The notes beneath the pieces were generated by a model. It was not told the DNA's origin. It saw only the letters and a list, made by a program, of their open reading frames with translations, and did no database searches. Below are positions 21,573 through 32,623 of a DNA stretch of 64,000 nucleotides, piece after piece. The DNA is from Rebecca billardiae RCC1528 (Eukaryota > Protista > Haptophyta). The DNA lies in NCBI GenBank assembly GCA_965240325.2, contig OZ251249.1:310001-374000 (forward strand), given 5' to 3'. The first letter of the stretch is position 1; each line of letters begins with the position of its first letter. Position numbers and translations under genes: made by a program.

Positions 21573-22656
21573 GCGCTCCGGCTGTCGGCTGTCGGCTGTG
21601 CCGGCGCACCCCAGTGTCAGCGCCCGACCTGAGACTGTGGCAGCACGGCATGAAGCCGGATTCCCCCACGACAACATGCTGCAATATAATGAAAAGCTAG
21701 TGACAATAACACATTTGTCTTTCCAAAAGAGTGTCTTTAAATCATAGAATGAGTCAAGTAGCGCGAGCGGCCGAGCGCTCTCGGCAGTCGATCTTCGGGT
21801 GCACTGCTCACCACAGTTTACTATGATTTAACGTGCACACTTGGTTAAGGCGTGATTACAGGTGGATACGGGTGATCTGGACAGTGGCCGACCCAACTCA
21901 CGCGGAGGCCTCCCTGGGAGCATTGGGGTCGAAGGGGCGCCAGGGACGGACTTCAGGGGGTCCCTGGAGTTCCGCCGCAGCGCGCTTTCTGCGCTGCGGG
22001 CCCGTCTCCGCGCGTGGCGGCCGCAATGGCACTGTCCAATTAGCCCCTGGCACTGGCTGAGGCATGGGAATCGAGCTCAGAGACGCGCGCGCGGAGGAAA
22101 AGCGTGTGCAGCGGCTCGGACGGTTGCTCTGGGACCTACCCACGCCAGCGCAACCGCGCCTTGCCTCGGAGTCCGCCCTTCCTGAGTCCGCGCACGCGCC
22201 TTGCGGCTTGAAACGCTGGCGTTCGCCCTTGTGCGCGGGACTCACGAAACAAGGCGAAGGCGGCGAGAAGCGCGACCTGGCGCGTGCGCAGACGACGTCT
22301 CACGACCAGGTGAGTTCAGCGAACATCGTGCGCCGTCGTGGCGACCCGCCAGTGGGCGCTCGTGCTCGTTCGCCCACGAGCCCTCGCCACGAGGCCCGCC
22401 GCCCGCTGAGTGTCCAGATAGCCCCTGTGTCCAGTTAGCCCGTATCCACCTGTAACGCCATCCAACACTGCACAAAGACACCGCCACAAAACAGACCGGC
22501 GCAGGCAGGTGAGGTACCACACCGCCCCGGCCTGGCGTAATCACGTGCGCAGCAGGGCGGCCGCCGCATCCGGCCCCCGCGGACCACGCGGGCGTGCGGC
22601 GCCGTTCGGCGGGCGCAGTCCTCCTTCGCAACAGCGCCGAGGCGCAGCCACGCACG

Positions 22657-24568
22657 ATGAGAGTGGCCCTCGCCACGCTCGCGACGGCCCTGGCGGCCCG
22701 CGGCGCGCGCGGCGCGGCGGCGGGCGCGGCGTGCGCGCCGCCGCTACCCGCTGGCTATTCGCTCGAGCACGTCCAGCTGTTCGTGCGGCACGGCGACCGC
22801 ACGCCCATCACGCCGTCGCTCGAGCGCGCGTTCTGGCTCGCCAAGCTGCCATCCGCCTCGCGCCTGGCCGAGATCCAAGCCGGCACCGACCGCGTCGACT
22901 CGTCCGGGCCGCGCGACCGCGGCTTCTCGCACTCGGCGTCCGGTGACGGTGTGTACGGCACGCTGACGGCGCGCGGGATCGAGCAGATGCGCGAGACGGG
23001 CGTGGCGCTGCGCGCCGAGCTGATCGACACGCCCGACGCCCCGCTCCTCGGCCCGACCCTCAGCCTCGCCCAGCTCGCCGTGCACTCGACCGACTTTCCG
23101 CGAACGATCGAGTCGACACAGGCGCGCGCCGCGCCGCTGCGCCGCCGCGCGCGCTGCGGGAGTCAGGCCGCCCCGCCCGCGCGCACACGCGCACCACGGC
23201 GCGTGAGAGGGCTTGCACGGCGGCTGGGGCGTCGACGAGCGCGGGGGTCGGCCGCATGTGTGTGGTGGCGCGCGCGCGCGCTCACGCGCCGCCGTCTCAC
23301 CTGCCGCTTCGCGCGCGCGCACACCGCGCCCGCGCACACCGCGCCGCGCGTTGGGCTCGCCTCGGCCGCTGGGCTGTTCGCGGCCTCCGCCGGCGCAGGC
23401 GCTGCTGCACGGGCTGTACCCGCCCGAGACGCGCCCCGCCGGCGCGCGCATCCCCATCAACGTCTCCGAGTCCGCACGCCTGATCCCCGACCCGGAGCCG
23501 AGACGCACGCTCGCGCAGGCAGAGCTTGAGCGTGCAGTAAGGCACTCGGATGCCTTCCTGGCGCGGGAGGCGGCGATGGAGCCGCTGGCGGCGCGCGTGC
23601 TCGACGTGCTCGAGGGGAGCGGCGTCGTCGCCTCGCGCGCGCTGCTGCAGCAGCCGCGCGCGCTGCTACCCGGGCAGTACTTACCCGCCGAGGGCGAGAC
23701 TGACGACATGCATATTCACTGGGGTAAGACAGCGGAGGTCTGCAAGTGTCTGGTGGCGCATGGGCGGCTGCCGACGGCGGCGGCGGCGGGGCGCGCGGCC
23801 GCCGCTGACCACCACCACGCGGCGCACGCGGGGCTGAGCGAGGCCGACGTCGCCGCAGTCGTGCAGCACGGCGCGTGGCGCTGGTTCCGCGTGCTGCGCC
23901 ACCCGCGCATCGCGCACTTCGCGATGGCGCCGCTCGCGCGCGAGATTGTCGATGAGGCCGCGCGCGTGCGCGGGGCGGCGCGGTCGGGCGTGGGGCGCAC
24001 GGCCGACGCCGCCGCCCCGCGCGTGCGCATCTTCGGCTGCCACGACTCCACACTCATCGGGCTGATCGGCGTGCTCAGGCTGAGCGCGCCCGCAGCATGG
24101 CCGCCGTACGGCTCCGCACTCCGAGTCGAGCTGTTCAGCGGCGGCGCGGCGCCCACAGCATGGCAGCCGAGCGGCGGCGGCGGCGGCGGCGTCGAGCAGC
24201 AGCCGCCAGGTGCACACGGCGGAGCGGGCGGCCGCGCCGCGCACGCCGGGGCGGCGGTCGCGCAGCAGCCGCCGCCGGCGGACCCCGAGCCCGAGCCGCC
24301 GCGGCGCTGGTGGCTCCGCTTCGTTCTGAACGGCGAGGTGTTGGTGCGCGCGCCGCCCCGCGCGGGCACGCCCGCCGCCGACCGCGGCGTGGGCGCGGAC
24401 GTGGACGCGGGCGCGGAGGAGGCGCTCGCGGCGGACGCGGAGGCGGCGGCGGCGGGCGGCGCGGCCGCGGCAGAGCTGCCCGCGGGCCTCGTCCCGCTAG
24501 ACGAGCTGGTCGCTGCGTTCGCGTACGTCGGCACTGAGCTCGACGACCCGGCGGACGATGTTCACTGA
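22657..24568 (+). CDS. Histidine acid phosphatase (branch 2), signal peptide
   Basis: RHGDRTP catalytic motif, LTARGIEQM, STDFPRTIES, and the distal HD motif (GCHDSTL). A GC-AG intron at 23122-23398 restores the frame. Confidence 0.9.
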
Positions 24569-25389
24569 TTAGTTCACTATAGCAGGCGCGGCCGGCCTGC
24601 ATCGTCGGCAGGCGGCATCGCCATCGCGCGTACGTTACCTAGGCGTCCCCGGACCGTTATTCCGCGACGTCGCGTAGTGAGCCGCTACGGCACCGAGTCC
24701 GAGTGAATGTGAGTGACTGTGAGTCACAGTGGCCGCAGTGCTGAGTAGACAGCTACGGTCATCATCGGGCATCACCGGCGCTGCGACACCGGATGAGCCC
24801 GGCCTCGTCGCTCGATCCACCGCCGCCGCGCGTCGGGCTGACTCGGTGCCGGGAAGGGCCCTCGTCACGAGGTTACGGTCTGCTCGCGGGTGGGAAGCGC
24901 CAGCATCGCTCGACGCCAGGCAAGATCGCGTGCCACGCGCCGCTCGTCAAGTTGCGGGCGCAGCATGCAATATAATGATGATATGCCAATCCGTTTCGGC
25001 TACATCATCAAGTTCCAGGAGCAGTACTCTTTCGCGAAGGGCCCTTGCTTTCGCGATCGTCTGGGCCTGGCGCGGCGCCGAGGCGACCCCCCGCCCCCCG
25101 CCCATTCATCCTGTAGCAAGGGCGGTACCTGTATCATAAGCCCTTGATTGAAGGAATGATTGTGAGCACCGGAGCCCGTTATAAAGGGGAAAAAAAAAAA
25201 AAGCACCAAGGGGCGTAGTACGGTAAAAATCAAGACAAAGGTGGTATGAATAATGAGCCCCTTGATTACTGTATATATATATATATGGGGGTATTGTGAC
25301 TAATGCACAGCCGCGCGCCCCTTTGAAATCGCGGCGCGCCGCCCTTGGTGTGCCGTGTGGGGGCTCAGCAGGGGGGCAGGGCGCACGCG

Positions 25390-27093
25390 ATGCTCCGGGT
25401 GCTGAGCCTCTCGCTCGCTGCGCGCGTGGCCGTGCAGGCCACCGCGCCCGAGGCCAGCTTTGACTATGTGATCGATGGCACCAGCGGGCCAGACACGCTG
25501 TACGCTCAAGGCGAGCCAGACGCGACGTGGCGTGGCCCCGGCGTCTCGGTGGACAACCTGCTGCGTGGCTTCGAGGGCGCGGACAAGATTATCGGCAAGG
25601 ACGCCGGTGACGGGCAATCGTATAGCCAATACGATGGCGGAGACTCGCTCAACGTGATCCACGCCGGCCCTGGCGCGGACACGGTGTACGCCGGCGACGG
25701 CGGCAGTGTGACCAACTACGCCTGGTGGGCCGGCTCGGGTGGCAAGGCCGACAACTTCGTGTACCTCGGCGATGGCGACGACCAGCTCACGCTCGGCGAC
25801 GGTGGCGACGTGCGGGGCGTGGCCTCTACTGGCGGCGCGTACAACCTCGCGCACGGAGGCGACGGTAGCGACACCATTGACGGCGGCAATGCTGGCGCCG
25901 GCATCACGCGCGGCGACGGCGGCAGCACGCACAACATCGTCAAGGCCGGCAAGGGTGACGACGTGGTCGACGTGGGCGATGCGGGCGACGGCATATCGAG
26001 ATCGGCCTACGGCGGCTCGGCGTACACGAAAGTGTATGGCGAGGACGGCGACGACAACATCGTCGCCGGCGATGCCGGTGACGCGGTTGGCTGGGGAGCC
26101 ACCGGTGGCAACGTGTCGAGCGTCATCTTGGGCGGCGCTGACTCGGACCGGCTGCGCGGCGGTGACGGCGGCGACGCCTCGGGCGGGAATGCTGGGTGCG
26201 TGGCCGCGCGCTGCCGCGGATGCGCGTCGGGTGCTCCGTGTGCGTTTGCAGGTGCTTGCGCTTGCGCTTGCGCACGAGCCGCGCCCGCGCCCCACCTGCA
26301 TGCCCGTTGCTCGAACCCGCAGGTACAGCAACGACCCCATCGGCTTCTCTTCCGCGTACGCTGGTTACGCGCACAACACCCTCGAGGGCGGTGCCGGTGC
26401 CGACGTGATCACCGGCGGCGACGGCGGCGCATCTTCCAACGTGTACAGCCATGGGGGCAATGTGGTCAACGTCCTCCACGGCGGTGCAGGCGCTGACGTG
26501 ATCACCGGCGGCAACAGCGGCGAGGGCCCAGCCGGTGGCGATGCGTACAACTACATCTACGGTGCGCTGGTTGCTTGCGCACGCGCTGCGCAGTGCGCAC
26601 GCGTCCGGCGCTTGCGCACGCCATCCGCGCAGCGCCCATATGCGTGCTCATACGTGTAGTGTGTGGCCTGCGTGGTCGCACGCGCGCTCGCTCGCCCGTG
26701 CTCGCAGGCGGCGCTGGCGACGACGTCATCACGGCCGGCGAGGGGCAAAACACGATCTGGGGCGGCGCCGGTGCCGATACGATCCACGCACAGAACGGGC
26801 AGTACGATGTGATCTACACGGACGGCGAGGACACCATCCACTACGACCCCGGCCTCGACAAGATCATCATGGTCACGCCCACGCCCTCGCCCGTCGCGTG
26901 CCCCAAGGGGTGCGTGCCGGCGCCAATAGACGGCGTGCAGGCGGACTTGAGCGGCACGACGCGGCGGGGCCGTCAGCTCACCTTGCGCCGCTCGCTGCTG
27001 TTCGGCCAGTTCCGCATCATGTGCCCTGAGGGTTGCGCGTTTGACAAGCACTACCAGGAGGAGAAGGACACTCGCCGCCGCCGCCAGTACTGA
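25390..27093 (+). CDS. Secreted RTX/hemolysin-type Ca-binding repeat protein with Cys-containing C-terminal tail
   Basis: Signal peptide MLRVLSLSLAARVAVQA. Many GGxGxDxI/L nonapeptides (AGPGADTVY, GGDGSDTID, GGAGADVIT x2, GGAGDDVIT, GGAGADTIH). Introns 26196-26322 and 26562-26707. Confidence 0.85.
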
Positions 27094-28089
27094 AGCCGTC
27101 TCCGCAATCATATCAATCTCGCGATGCGCGACTAGTTTCGGGCGCGCATCCGCGGGGCCGACCTGACTCACACACCGGCTCGGGACCGTAGTACTGAGTG
27201 TCCTGACGCCGGGCCGCGCGCGGGCCCGGCGGGGCCACGGCCCCGGACGACGCATGATTGCGACTGTCGTAGTGATAATGCGACGCGATCGAGTCAGTCG
27301 TCAGTCACGACGAGAACTGCTGTGTGCGAATCAAGCCTCGACGGGCGTCGGCCAACCCGTCGGCCACAGGATGCCCACTTTTGCCCATTCATCGGCCAGT
27401 GGCCGACTACGACGAATAAATGAATAAATGAATATTCATTCACCCCTTTTTCTTTTTCGGCAAAAGATTATTCACCACTCGGGCAGAACACCGGCGGCGC
27501 ATCATGTCGGATGATGATATATCGACGACGATCGTCGTCTAGTGGGGTCAGAGCTCCGACCGTTACACTCCCGGGTGCCACAATCTCCCGAAATCTCTTA
27601 GCATGACGAACTATCACGTGGGTATTTACTTGGACGAATAACTAGTTAGTAGGCGTTAAGGCTTAATTCCAGGGTGTAGAATCCTGCCTCGGTGCCAATT
27701 TCAGACTGCCAAAATGTCGTGATCTAGACGGTGCGATTCTGGTGCAATAAATAGCGAGATCACCTTGGAGATCGTATATCTCCCCTACTAATGTTGCCGA
27801 GATCGCGTCGAGATTGAGGTCGTATATCTCCGCCAGTATGGGGGTGTGACATTTTTTCGCAAAACTTGTCAGCGTGGCCCCAGCTGGCCGAGCTCATTTC
27901 AGGCTGAATATTGACATCCCGTCGAAGTTTGAGAGCCTCATCTCAAGACGACAGGAAGTTGGATTTTGGGCCACGCACCCCCCAGTGGGGCTCTGACCCC
28001 TGCTCTAATCGTCGTCGTCAGACGTCATGTCATCGCGTCATCCGGGCAGTTGGCGTCGATCGACTCGATCGCCTTGGCGGGGCCGGGCG

Positions 28090-30048
28090 TCAAGGGATGC
28101 TGAGAGCAGCACCACCGCCATGCGCGTCCCTGTGGGCAGCTCCCTCCGCCTCGCCGGCAAAGCGCGGGTCCGCCGAGCCCACGGCGATCACCACATCGGC
28201 AGCAGCGGCAGCGCCGACCTCGTCGGCGCCACCGGCACCGGCCGCACGGCCCGGCCGCATGGCGCCCCCGCGCGGTGCCGCCGTTGTCCGCACAAGGCCA
28301 GGCGGCGGCACGATGGGGATGGCGCCGTCGGCTGGGCCGGGGATGGCGCCGTCGGCTGCGCGGGCGGCCGGCGCGGCGGCGCGCGGCGGCTCCTCGTACG
28401 CCGCGCCGCCGCCCTCGGCCCCCACCACCGGCGGCGGCGTGGGCACCCCCTTCGCGTGGAGGCACAGCTTGAGAGCGAGGCTGAGGCGCGCGCGGCCCGC
28501 GCCCGCGCGCGCGCTCGGCGCGCTCACGCTGTGCTCGAGGTCCTGGTCGAGCAGGACGACGCGTCCGGGCCTCGCGCCGACGCGCACGAGCGCGCCGCTC
28601 GGCGGGTCCCGGAACAGCGTCCACGCGCCCCAGCGCTCCGAGTCCCAACCCTCGCTCAGGTACACCAGCGCACTGACCAGCCTGGGCTTGGGGCAGGGCG
28701 CGCGGTTCGGGAAGTTTCCGTGAAGGTCGGTCCACGGCGAGGCCTGCGCGACGAACGGGTCGCCGTCGATGTGGAAGTCGAAGGCGTCGCCGTGCATCGG
28801 CGCGTTGGCCACGACGGGCGTCGAGCCGCCGCTGGTGCCATCAAGCTCGACGTCATCGCCGCCATCGGCCTCGTCCTCGACGCCGCCGCCGTCGCCGTCG
28901 CAGCCTCCGCCGCCGCGGCCGCGGTCGTCGCCCCCGTCGCCGGCGTCCGCGCACGCGGGCGGTGCCGCGAACGGCGGCGGCGCGTACGTGACGTCGGCGT
29001 GCGGGAGCAGCTGGCACAGCCGCGCCTGCAGCTCGAGCATCGCCGCGGGCTGGCTCCGCCCGTGCGCGGCGGGCGCGGCGCTGAGTGCCTTCGCGTCCGC
29101 GTCCGCGCCGCCGGCGGCAGCCTGCGCCGGTGGCGGCGGCCGCGGCGCGCACAGGCGCGCGAGCGCGCGCGCGCGCAGCGACCACGTGGGGGCCGCGCCC
29201 TCGCCCGCGTCGTCGCGGTCGACCAGCGCGCGCGTCCACAGCGCCTCGTCCAGCGGGACAATTGGCGGCACCGCGCCGCCCTCATTCTCACGCGCGCCCT
29301 CGCCTCCGCGGCTGTTCTTCGCCTCCGCCTCCCCGGCTCCCTCCGCCCCCCGCTCCGACCCCGCCGCGCCGCCGCGGCGCGGGCGCTCCCGCGGGCTCTC
29401 GCCACCGCCACCGTCCCTCGCCTCCTCCTCCCCTGCGCCCTCCGGCCCCGCCGCGCCGCCGCCAGCCAGTCGCTCGCCCAGAAGCGAACGCAGCGCGGCG
29501 CGCAACGGGCGGTCGAGCACGTCGTCGAGGACGACGACGCTGGAGACGTCCCAGCGCGGCGGCGCGTGCGGCGAGTGCTGAACCCACGCGCCGTCCATCT
29601 GCACGTGCGCCGTCAGGCTCGCCGCGCTCGGCTCCCAGCCGCTCGGCGCCGCGGGCAGCGGCATTGGCAGCCGCAGCCCCCATGCGCTTTCGTGCCGTCG
29701 CACGAGCGCGAGCGCCTCGGCGTCGGTGATCGGCTCGGCGTCGGCGGCGTCGGCGGGGGTAGGCGGCACGGCGACGAGCAGGATCGGCGCGTCCACCAGC
29801 TCGTCCAGCACCTCGGCCGCGTACTGCGCGTCGAGCGGCGTGCAGCCGTGCACGGCGGCGAGCCGCGGCACCGGGAACGGCGCGTCGGCGGCGGGCGTGG
29901 CGTCCAGCGCGACCCATGGGGCGCCCGTCACCTCCGAGAGGGCCGACGCGAGCGCCGCGCGCTCGTGCGGCGGCACGCCGCGCGTGCGCGCCAGCAGCGG
30001 CGCGGCGGACGCCGCCGCGGCGAGCGCGAGGACCGTCCACGCGGCCAT
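28090..30048 (-). CDS. 2OG-Fe(II) oxygenase (prolyl-4-hydroxylase-like), signal peptide
   Basis: HxD (FDFHIDGDP), LVSALVYLS-W-WG, PGRVVLLDQDLEHSV (distal His), and RLS 2OG-binding motif. Confidence 0.85.
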   Translation of the reverse strand: MAAWTVLALAAAASAAPLLARTRGVPPHERAALASALSEVTGAPWVALDATPAADAPFPVPRLAAVHGCTPLDAQYAAEVLDELVDAPILLVAVPPTPADAADAEPITDAEALALVRRHESAWGLRLPMPLPAAPSGWEPSAASLTAHVQMDGAWVQHSPHAPPRWDVSSVVVLDDVLDRPLRAALRSLLGERLAGGGAAGPEGAGEEEARDGGGGESPRERPRRGGAAGSERGAEGAGEAEAKNSRGGEGARENEGGAVPPIVPLDEALWTRALVDRDDAGEGAAPTWSLRARALARLCAPRPPPPAQAAAGGADADAKALSAAPAAHGRSQPAAMLELQARLCQLLPHADVTYAPPPFAAPPACADAGDGGDDRGRGGGGCDGDGGGVEDEADGGDDVELDGTSGGSTPVVANAPMHGDAFDFHIDGDPFVAQASPWTDLHGNFPNRAPCPKPRLVSALVYLSEGWDSERWGAWTLFRDPPSGALVRVGARPGRVVLLDQDLEHSVSAPSARAGAGRARLSLALKLCLHAKGVPTPPPVVGAEGGGAAYEEPPRAAAPAARAADGAIPGPADGAIPIVPPPGLVRTTAAPRGGAMRPGRAAGAGGADEVGAAAAADVVIAVGSADPRFAGEAEGAAHRDAHGGGAALSIP

Positions 30049-30247
30049 GGCGGCGATGAGTCGGCGCTTCGTCAAGGAGTCACATTCACGAACGACGAGT
30101 CTCAAGTCGTGAGTCTGATGAACTCTGTGAAGCAGTTCGCTGTTCGTCTGTCGTTACGCGTCCAGCAACGATGAGCAGCAGATGAACACAGGTGCATCTA
30201 ATCTCCCGTAACGGTCGAGTACCCCTCGCTAGGCGAGGGGTGCGGCG

Positions 30248-31002
30248 GAAACAACAGTGGGACACAGGGGACTTTGGTCCCGCGCCCCTCTCGCGGGCTC
30301 TGGCGCGCGAACGCTTTGTCACTACTGGATCCCCGAGGTGGAGAGCGGCGCTCCGTGCACCAACAAAGACATCCCCAGCCGCATGTTGCCACTCGACACC
30401 TCGTCTCGCCTCGCGCGGAGCCAACTTGTGGTGTGCGGGAGCCACCCGTAGCACACTGGGCCGTGTAGCGACGCGCGTGGCGGGTCAACAGTGCATCGCG
30501 AAGGCGTCGCACGCGCAATCCGTTGAGTACATACTCATGTTTGTCCCATGGCACGTCGTGCGCCGCCGTGTGCGCCGATGCACTCCCGACTCGCGACGCG
30601 CCGCGTGCAGCACAGCCTGTGCTTCGGGTAGCTCCCGCACACCACAAGTTGGCTCCGCGCGAAGCGAGACGAGGTGTCGACAGGCGGTGCATGACGTGCC
30701 ATGGGACAGACATGAGTATGTACTCAACGGATTGCGCGTGCGACGCCTTCGCGATGCACTGTTGACCCGCCACACGCGTCGCTACACGGCCCAGTGTGCT
30801 ACGGGTGGCTCCCGCACACCACAAGTTGGCTCCGCGCGAGGCGAGACGAGGTGTCGAGTGGCAACATGCGGCTGGGGATGTCTTTGTTGGTGCACGGAGC
30901 GCCGCTCTCCACCTCGGGGATCCAGTAGTGACAAAGCGTTCGCGCGCCAGAGCCCGCGAGAGGGGCGCGGGACCAAAGTCCCCTGTGTCCCACTGTTGTT
31001 TC
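30248..31002. repeat. 755-bp fold-back: ~320-bp near-perfect inverted repeats with ~115-bp spacer (MITE/foldback-like)
   Basis: 30248-30567 is the reverse complement of 30683-31002, with about 4 mismatches seen. The spacer holds a third partial copy of an arm segment. Confidence 0.95.
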
Positions 31003-31173
31003 TGTTGGCGGTGTCGCAGAGCGACCCGCCGGCCGTTACAGGGCCATTAGAAGGCGGTGAGATGAACAGCAGGCAATAGGCGGCGAAAACTGAGACGAGC
31101 AGTGAAAGCACTGCGGCGACCGGTGGGCTAGCGGAAGGGTTGGGCGCCCTGCTCGCTGCCTCGTCGGCCCACG

Positions 31174-32073
31174 ATGCTCGCGCTCGCCCTCGTCCCGCTC
31201 GTGCTTGGCGCGCACCACCACGAGCCTGGGCGGTGGTGGATCAAGCACTCCCCCTCGCCACCGCCGCCCTCGCCCTCGCCGCCGCCGCCTTCGCCCTCGC
31301 CGCCGCCCCCGCCCTCGCCGCCGCCGCCTTCATCCTCGCCTCCGCCCCCGCCCTCGCCCCCGCCCCCCTCGCCCTCGCCGCGGCCCCCGCCGCCGCGCTC
31401 ACCCCCGAACGCGGCCGCGGCCGACTCCTCCACCGCGCTCGGCCTCACGGCCGCCGCCGCCCTCGCAGCCGGCTCGCCGCTCGAGCTCCTCGGCTACCCG
31501 GCCCACCAGTCGGCGTGCGCCGATCCATTCTCCGCCGACGGCGCCGCGCGGCGCGGGACCGCGACCAAGTGCAGCACGCGCTCGCCGTGCTCGGCGGGGG
31601 AGAGTCAGTACTGCGACGGCGCGAGCGGCACGTGCCGCTGCTTCCCCGGGTACTACTACGACGCGTCCGCGCGCGCGTGCGCCGCGTGCACGGCGTACAC
31701 GCCCGCGTGGTGCGGCGCGGCGGCGGTCGCTTCGCTCAGCTCGTGCGACGACAACAAGCGGTACTGCCAGTCGGTGGACGTGGCGCAGTGCGCGGCCGCG
31801 TCCGGGCGCCGCCGGGACTCGCTGCTGCGAGACTGCCCCGCGGCGTGCAAGGCGTGCGGCCTGAGCCTGCGCGCCGCGCGCGGCGGCGCGGCGGCGCGCG
31901 CCGCGCCGCCCGCCACCCTTGCCGACCGCGGCGCGGCGGTGGCACTGCTCACGGCGTGCGCGCTCGGCGGCGCGCTGGTCGGCGCGGCCGCGACGCTCGC
32001 CGGCACGCGACGGCGCCACCGGCACAGCCCGGGCATGCAGGGCGACGCGCAGCGGCGGCCGACGATGAGCTAG
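31174..32073 (+). CDS. Cell-surface protein: signal peptide, SPPPP extensin-like rod, EGF-like and ShKT-like Cys domains, C-terminal TM
   Basis: MLALALVPLVLG leader; (SPSPPPP)n; C-C-C-CRCFPGY; CDDNKRYC...C...CPAACKAC; hydrophobic AVALLTACALGGALVGAAATLA. Confidence 0.8.
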   Translation: MLALALVPLVLGAHHHEPGRWWIKHSPSPPPPSPSPPPPSPSPPPPPSPPPPSSSPPPPPSPPPPSPSPRPPPPRSPPNAAAADSSTALGLTAAAALAAGSPLELLGYPAHQSACADPFSADGAARRGTATKCSTRSPCSAGESQYCDGASGTCRCFPGYYYDASARACAACTAYTPAWCGAAAVASLSSCDDNKRYCQSVDVAQCAAASGRRRDSLLRDCPAACKACGLSLRAARGGAAARAAPPATLADRGAAVALLTACALGGALVGAAATLAGTRRRHRHSPGMQGDAQRRPTMS

Positions 32074-32623
32074 GCCGGCGGGCCCGCAGTAGACCTGCCC
32101 CGAAGACCGCGTCAGGCTTGGGGAATGGGGAGCAAACCCTCACCGGGATCGGGGCAGCGAGGTGCGTGGCCACGCCCAGTGGGCGTCGCCAGGCACCCCT
32201 GCCCGGCCGACGCGGCCTATATAATCATCGCGCGCGCATATATGGACGACGAATGTATCAGGCCGCCGCCGTACTCTACTGATAGTCGTATATTATAATA
32301 TTTAAATAATTATAAGTAATAATTCAATATCAAGACTCTGAGAGTCCGAACAGCAGCGCACGGTGACGGTGTCTAGCGCTAGATCCGCCATCCGGTCGGT
32401 AGGCGCGGTACGCGTACAATATAAGATATGATATGATGATCCGCCACCATCATGATGGCCGGCGCTGCGCTTCAGCAGTAGCAGCGTAGTATACGTACTA
32501 TATATTACGACTGCTGATGATGATGCTCGATCGGCTGCGCGCGGCGCCCGCGCTCCTCGTCATGCGCGCATGCGCTGGCTGGCCGAGAGTGCCAGTGCCG
32601 TCTGGCAACCCGGACTGCGCCCA

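Noticed and set aside
21750-22450. Short ORFs between the carrier and phosphatase genes
   Set aside because: No recognisable motif or consistent gene structure; possibly a decayed repeat but unsupported.
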